From the IMG/VR virus record IMGVR_UViG_2698536574_000022: a stretch of DNA of 9,150 nucleotides; one strand, given 5' to 3'. The notes under the pieces are model-generated. The model did not search any database. It saw only the letters and a program-made list of their open reading frames with translations, and was not told the origin of the DNA. Both the position numbers and the translations under genes were made by a program. Positions within the stretch are counted from its first letter, which is position 1; each line of letters starts with the position of its first letter. The stretch is from a virus. Taxonomy: Duplodnaviria; Heunggongvirae; Uroviricota; Caudoviricetes. Positions 5,549 to 9,150 of the stretch are shown one piece after another.

Positions 5549-6136
5549 TTACCCCCTGAAGCCCGGTGGAATTTCGGTATCCGGTTCAGAAATATGATTC
5601 ACACAACGCTGGTTGTTCGTACCGCTTACCGGGAGCAACCAGGGGTTTTCAAAATTCCGGTCCGGTCCAAAAAACGTCGTCGCTCGCTGAACAAATTCCG
5701 TTCCCGTTTTCCCGGTAGCCGCCAGGTATCTTGCGTAACGCCTCACACCATCCAGCATGGCCTCTGGTGGCACCCCCTCGCGTAATCTGGCCTTCCAGGC
5801 ACTGAAAGCGGATTTCTTCGGGTTTGCCCCAGCACGCAACGGGTATTCCCGCCAGACCTGTTCGAACACATCCGGATAATCTACTCGCCCCACAGGCTGC
5901 CCGGTGTTTTCCGGGACTACCCGATCGGCTTCCCGCTGAATGGCGGAATCGGCTTCAGGCTGCTGCAGTTGGTGTGATTGCTCCGGCCTTGCGGTCATCA
6001 CCTGCTGCACAGCGCCCGAATCGGCTTTCAGCGCATACGCTGAATCGGCTTCCGGTGTCGTGCCTGCTGGCTGACCAGGATTGACGGTCTGAACATCCCC
6101 TGCCTGGTTCGTGGCGTTTTTTACGCCATGGACCAT
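5549..6136 (-). CDS. Replication-associated protein: low-complexity linker plus conserved C-terminal domain
   Basis: Track ORF 5549..6223 begins at TTG; first ATG is 6136-6134 (MVHGVKNATNQ...). Pro/Gln/Ala/Thr-rich linker, then DYPDVFEQVWREYPLRAGANPKKSAFSAWKARLREGVPPEAMLDGVRRYARYLAATGKTGTEFVQRATTFFGPDRNFENPWLLP, which I recognise as a phage replication-protein type of domain (memory, unverified). Its 5' end overlaps the upstream ORF in another frame, so it may be the C-terminal part of a frameshifted single initiator gene. Confidence 0.55.
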   Translation of the reverse strand: MVHGVKNATNQAGDVQTVNPGQPAGTTPEADSAYALKADSGAVQQVMTARPEQSHQLQQPEADSAIQREADRVVPENTGQPVGRVDYPDVFEQVWREYPLRAGANPKKSAFSAWKARLREGVPPEAMLDGVRRYARYLAATGKTGTEFVQRATTFFGPDRNFENPWLLPVSGTNNQRCVNHISEPDTEIPPGFRG

Positions 6137-6609
6137 AGTGTTTTGATCTTCTTGATCTGTATCTTTATCTGTATCTTTATCTGTCGTGACATGTGCGTGA
6201 CATTTCGTGACGCGCCGTGACAATCGCCATTTTGTTCCCGCTTTCTTTCCCTCTCTCGCTGCGCCCTCTTGCGCTCTGCAGGAGATTTTGCGGTTTGCGA
6301 AATATTGCCGTTGTCCTCTTTAAGCACCTGGCGTTTTTCCCATCCAGTGATTAAATCACCATCAAGTACCCGCCCCTGCATCGTCTGCAAAATTGAATCA
6401 ATTACCTCTTCTGTCACGTCGAGCGCACTTGCCAAATCTTCTGTCGTGACATCAATGTGACCTCGCGTGACATTTCGTGACGCGCTCACCAGGAGGTGGA
6501 TATACACTGCCATCACTGTTGCAATTGGCTGCCCTGACACCCTGGCAATTGTTCGCCACTTAGGGTCATTTGGCATGTCATGCCATAATCTGAGCCAAGC
6601 GTTAGCCAT
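6121..6609 (-). CDS. Replication initiator / replisome-organizer N-terminal domain protein (lambda O-like role); contains the iteron arrays
   Basis: Track ORF 6121..6615 starts at GTG; preferred ATG 6609-6607 with GAGGTG 3-4 nt upstream. N-terminus MANAWLRLWHDMPNDPKWRTIARVSGQPIATVMAVYIHLLVSAS resembles phage replisome-organizer N-terminal domains. The gene body contains two arrays of four phased GTGAC repeats, as the lambda O gene contains ori. Confidence 0.65.
   Translation of the reverse strand: MANAWLRLWHDMPNDPKWRTIARVSGQPIATVMAVYIHLLVSASRNVTRGHIDVTTEDLASALDVTEEVIDSILQTMQGRVLDGDLITGWEKRQVLKEDNGNISQTAKSPAERKRAQRERERKREQNGDCHGASRNVTHMSRQIKIQIKIQIKKIKTLWSMA
6155..6184. repeat. Tandem 12-bp repeat (ATCTGTATCTTT x 2.5) in an AT-rich stretch with two GATC sites
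   Basis: Direct reading: ATCTGTATCTTT at 6155-6166 and 6167-6178, then partial ATCTGT; GATC at 6145-6148 and 6154-6157. Encodes IKIQIKIQIK in one minus frame and TDKDTDKDTD in the overlapping frame. Confidence 0.8.
6186..6221. repeat. Iteron-like array A: four GTGAC motifs at 10-11 bp phasing
   Basis: GTGAC at 6186, 6197, 6207 and 6217, immediately adjacent to the AT-rich tandem repeat. The block CTGTCGTGACAT...GCGTGACATTTCGTGACGCGC (6181-6215) is duplicated at 6441-6485. Confidence 0.6.
6446..6481. repeat. Iteron-like array B: four GTGAC motifs at 10-11 bp phasing
   Basis: GTGAC at 6446, 6457, 6467 and 6477, plus an inverted copy (GTCAC) at 6414-6418. A near-duplicate of array A lying about 260 bp away inside the same gene. 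Confidence 0.6.
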
Positions 6610-6680
6610 ACTCACCTCTTCTGATACCGAATCTTTTTACTCACGAGTTGCCGGAAGCGATTCGATATGGCTATTGTCAG

Positions 6681-7106
6681 TCAATGTACTGCCACAGCAT
6701 TTCCTGCCGGGCCACCACGGTTCATCTGATTGAAACCGGCGATTGCCACTGCGACAAAATCATCAGCGTCTCTCACCAGTCGCTCCCGCGTCTCCACCAG
6801 CTCCCGAAAATAAGCTGAACTGTGGCTGCGCATTCTGGCCACCAGCAAAGGTGGCCTTGCCTTTTCGATCGCTGGTAACAACGCCTGAATTTTTTCAACT
6901 GCATCAGGGGTATCTTTCTCTATCCAGCGGAAAATTTTCTGGGTATTGCGAGCCAGGGCTTCCGGATGGCTGTCGTCGTACAGTTCAGGAAACGTCATAC
7001 CCAACTCAAAATAAGCCTGGGTTATTCCAGCTGCCGGAACTTTTTCGCCATCAGGACGCGCCCAGGCATTCATCGCCATGCGGATGTGTTCATGCTTGAT
7101 TTTCAT
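6681..7106 (-). CDS. YdaT/CII-like prophage regulator (141 aa)
   Basis: Track ORF 6681..7178; preferred start ATG 7106-7104 (MKIKHEHIRMAMNAWARPDGEK...) preceded by GGGGGG 5 nt upstream. It sits immediately after the Cro-like gene, in the cII position. Family name is from memory. Confidence 0.55.
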   Translation of the reverse strand: MKIKHEHIRMAMNAWARPDGEKVPAAGITQAYFELGMTFPELYDDSHPEALARNTQKIFRWIEKDTPDAVEKIQALLPAIEKARPPLLVARMRSHSSAYFRELVETRERLVRDADDFVAVAIAGFNQMNRGGPAGNAVAVH

Positions 7107-7332
7107 GAATCCCCCCTTGGTTAGAAGGCGGATTATGATCAGAACCGGGAATGACAACCGTCGGTATGTGTAACTCATATTTGAGCGCCCCGGCAGTGAC
7201 TGCCTGAATTAGCAACGCCCATTTCCACGGAACCTCTTCCCCCCACATGCTGACTGTGGTTTTTGACGTTCCTAGAGCTGCGGCTGTTTTAACAACTCCG
7301 CCAAAATAGCCTAATACTTCTGATTTTTTCAT
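7090..7332 (-). CDS. Cro-like HTH regulator (YdaS-like)
   Basis: Track ORF 7090..7380 starts at TTG; preferred ATG 7332-7330 with GGAG 7 nt upstream. MKKSEVLGYFGGVVKTAAALGTSKTTVSMWGEEVPWKWALLIQAVTAGALKY... has an HTH and is divergent from the CI-like gene across an operator-containing intergenic region. Confidence 0.7.
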   Translation of the reverse strand: MKKSEVLGYFGGVVKTAAALGTSKTTVSMWGEEVPWKWALLIQAVTAGALKYELHIPTVVIPGSDHNPPSNQGGIHENQA

Positions 7333-7360
7333 GAGTCGCTCCATAAAACTGAACGCCAAA

Positions 7361-7424
7361 AGTTTAATAATCAAAACCAAAGAAAGTCAAGAAACAAAAC
7401 CATCTGTGTTTTAAAATCAAAACA
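7361..7424. promoter_or_regulatory. oR-like divergent control region: operator palindromes and back-to-back promoters
   Basis: Palindrome TGTTTT-AAAATC-AAAACA at 7407-7424 overlapping the CI-like ATG; degenerate copy AGTTTA-ATAATC-AAAACC at 7361-7378. Minus strand: -35 TTGACT (rc of 7385-7390), 18-nt spacer, -10 TAAACT (rc of 7361-7366) aimed at the Cro-like gene. Plus strand: -10 TAAAAT at 7412-7417 ends 6 nt before the CI-like ATG with no SD, consistent with a leaderless transcript. Confidence 0.55.
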
Positions 7425-8062
7425 TGAGCAAGCAAACAATATCTGAACGCATAACCCAACGTATGCATGCGCTAAACCTGAAAGGCAAAGACCTTGTCAA
7501 TGCCACTGGCGCATCAAAAGGCTCCGTAAGTCAATGGATGAACGGTGGAGGAGCGCCGTCCTCGCGTTACATAAGTTCACTGGCAAAAATATTGAAAGTA
7601 AACGAAAATTGGCTTCTTAATGGAGGAGAGTTAAATACAGGTGATTCGCTTGATCTATCTTTACCGCCGATAAAAACGGTTCCGCTACTATCACTTCAGC
7701 AGGCAGCAAGCTGGAGTGATTATATGAAAAATTCCTCAATAACCTCTTGTGTGCAGCTTGTCGGAGAAATCCCGGCCAATACCTTTGCAGTTGTTCTAGA
7801 GAGTGACAGTATGTCAACATCTGGTGGGGGAGTTTCCATCCCAAATGGTTCAACAGTTTTTGTTGATCCCAATCGAACCGTACAACCAGGAAATATTGTC
7901 CTTGCCTTACCCAAAGGGACCACAACACCTGTCATTCGTAAACTGGAGATAGAAGGGCCGGATATTCTTTTAGTCCCCACGAATCCTCGCTACCCTTCAA
8001 TTATGCTGGATGATCTATCTTGCATATTGGGCGTATGCTTTAAAATTCAACAAGATATTTAA
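7424..8062 (+). CDS. CI-like phage repressor: N-terminal XRE-type HTH plus C-terminal S24 (LexA-like) autopeptidase domain
   Basis: Track ORF, 212 aa. HTH region LKGKDLVNATGASKGSVSQWMNGGGAPSS...NENWLLNGG; C-terminal domain with Ser in AVVLESDSMSTSGGG and Lys in VIRKLEIEG, with the conserved spacing of LexA/cI Ser-Lys dyad proteins. Confidence 0.9.
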   Translation: MSKQTISERITQRMHALNLKGKDLVNATGASKGSVSQWMNGGGAPSSRYISSLAKILKVNENWLLNGGELNTGDSLDLSLPPIKTVPLLSLQQAASWSDYMKNSSITSCVQLVGEIPANTFAVVLESDSMSTSGGGVSIPNGSTVFVDPNRTVQPGNIVLALPKGTTTPVIRKLEIEGPDILLVPTNPRYPSIMLDDLSCILGVCFKIQQDI

Positions 8063-8128
8063 CCGACCTCATCTATTTGATTAACTGTATGCCATCGTGG
8101 TGATGGCTTAACAGCTGCCTGCTTAAAA

Positions 8129-8175
8129 TGTTTTGATAAAAAAACATTGACCTGAAAAGTTCATTTTTCTAAACT
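8129..8175 (+). promoter_or_regulatory. oL/pL-like operator plus promoter for the rightward small-gene operon
   Basis: Palindrome TGTTTT-GATAAA-AAAACA at 8129-8146 (same consensus as the 7407-7424 site), abutting -35 TTGACC (8147-8152), 17-nt spacer, -10 TAAACT (8170-8175). The same -10 hexamer is used by the pR-like promoter. Confidence 0.5.
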
Positions 8176-8354
8176 TCATTCATTCCCTCTCCCCACCCCA
8201 CAGAATGCAGGGCAATACTTCGAGTTACCAGGCAGTGGTCAGGGGTTAAGTAGCCAGCCCGAGGCGTAAGAACATGACGGCAGGGTTCAACTTTAATAAC
8301 TATGCAGCAGGTTTTTGTTCCGCTACCCCGGCGTTAAGGGGAAATGAGGTCAGC

Positions 8355-8507
8355 ATGGATACTATCGATCTTGGCAACAGCGAATCTCTGGTATGTGGCG
8401 TGTTCCCCAACCAGGACGGTACGTTCACCGCGATGACGTATACCAAAAGCAAAACGTTTAAAACTGAAGCTGGCGCGCGTCGCTGGTTAACCAGAAACAC
8501 TGACTGA
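8355..8507 (+). CDS. Small prophage protein, YdfA-like (50 aa)
   Basis: Track ORF 8274..8507; preferred start ATG 8355 with GAGGT 4 nt upstream. MDTIDLGNSESLVCGVFPNQDGTFTAMTYTKSKTFKTEAGARRWLTRNTD; resemblance to the small Qin-prophage YdfA family is from memory. Confidence 0.55.
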   Translation: MDTIDLGNSESLVCGVFPNQDGTFTAMTYTKSKTFKTEAGARRWLTRNTD

Positions 8508-8518
8508 TGAGGTTGACG

Positions 8519-8893
8519 ATGGAATTTAAAGATTTACCAGTACCATTCCAGGAAATGGCATCGAATGTGGTTCGCTCTCAACTGGCGACTCTTGACCTGA
8601 GTACCGTAGAAAAAGAAACCATCGATACTATATCCGGTAACGTGCGTCGTGCCTTTATCGGTCTGTACGAAGAGAAGCAGCTCTCTGATAACCAGGATTT
8701 ACATGAAAAATACTTCATGGAATTAATGGACATCATTAATAAAGGATTTGGCTTGTTAATGAAAAAGAAAGGGATTCGAATAGCTCCCCTTGAAAATCAT
8801 TTTACAGCGAGCAGTATTAATTCCTGTGATTTAAAGCATCACACATCCGATGGGAAAGTTGAATCAAACAACAAAATATCAATTAATCATTAA
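8519..8893 (+). CDS. Hypothetical prophage early protein (124 aa)
   Basis: Track ORF 8507..8893; ATG 8519 has a better SD (GAGGT, 4-nt spacer) than ATG 8507, which overlaps the upstream stop. MEFKDLPVPFQEMASNVVRSQLATLDLSTVEKETIDTISGNVRRAFIGLYEEKQLSD...; no domain recognised. Confidence 0.5.
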   Translation: MEFKDLPVPFQEMASNVVRSQLATLDLSTVEKETIDTISGNVRRAFIGLYEEKQLSDNQDLHEKYFMELMDIINKGFGLLMKKKGIRIAPLENHFTASSINSCDLKHHTSDGKVESNNKISINH

Positions 8894-9150
8894 TTTATTC
8901 ACAGGTGAGGTAGAGTGCGTGCGCCGGACACGGATAAGAATCCGGCACTGACAGTTTACTGAAAAGGATATATCCCTGAAAAGTCAGGGCATAACACGAA
9001 AGCGCCCGGCGAAGTTAGTCTCTCTGTATAGGTCGTCGTTAAATTTAATTCGATCGTGCGCTTCCGGTTGTGGCAATCCGCGAAATGGCGCGGCGGTAAG
9101 TATGGCGGGGTTATTCCTTCCCCGTTGAGGACACCGGGTTGTCAGGTTGA

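Noticed and set aside
5336-6084. Track ORFs 5336..5785 (+) and 5824..6084 (+)
   Set aside because: Antisense to the minus-strand replication-side genes; Arg/Ser/Pro-rich translations.
6141-6485. CRISPR array
   Set aside because: The repeats are short (5-bp core, 12-bp tandem unit), lie inside a coding region, and have no regular spacers of 30-40 bp; they fit iterons far better.
6269-7099. Track ORFs 6269..6460 (+), 6467..6733 (+) and 6743..7099 (+)
   Set aside because: Antisense to the initiator and YdaT-like genes; no start-site support.
7617-7980. Track ORFs 7617..7928 (-) and 7720..7980 (-)
   Set aside because: Antisense inside the CI-like repressor gene, which has clear HTH and S24 motifs on the + strand.
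8300-8500. Track ORF (-, 66 aa)
   Set aside because: Antisense to the YdfA-like gene, which has a good SD and a protein-like translation.
8894-9150. DicF sRNA
   Set aside because: The position after a ydfA-like operon suggested it, but the DicF sequence as I remember it is not present in this stretch.

Overview
This window reads as a mosaic lambdoid prophage segment from an Escherichia-like enterobacterium; all calls come from manual reading and translation, with no database searches run. Right to left it holds an immunity region (CI-like S24 repressor on +, divergent Cro-like and YdaT/CII-like genes on -, with repeated TGTTTT-N6-AAAACA operator palindromes), then a replication module with iteron arrays and an AT-rich GATC-bearing tandem repeat inside the initiator gene. 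Next comes an AT-rich cargo insert (about 1950-4900, judged by eye) and then a Hok/Gef toxin gene, a small ORF and a Cys/His-rich prophage gene that runs off the left edge and is missing from the ORF track. The most interesting element is inside the insert: a two-gene minus-strand operon encoding a CD-NTase/SMODS-type nucleotidyltransferase (GS...DxD motif) overlapping a 2-transmembrane SLATT-like effector, i.e. a minimal type I CBASS-like anti-phage module. It is flanked by a truncated lambda-type integrase 3' fragment and a tRNA 3'-end-like sequence, suggesting it arrived as part of a now-decayed integrative element. The right end has a small early-left operon (YdfA-like plus an unknown 124-aa protein) followed by about 250 bp of hairpin-rich non-coding sequence.
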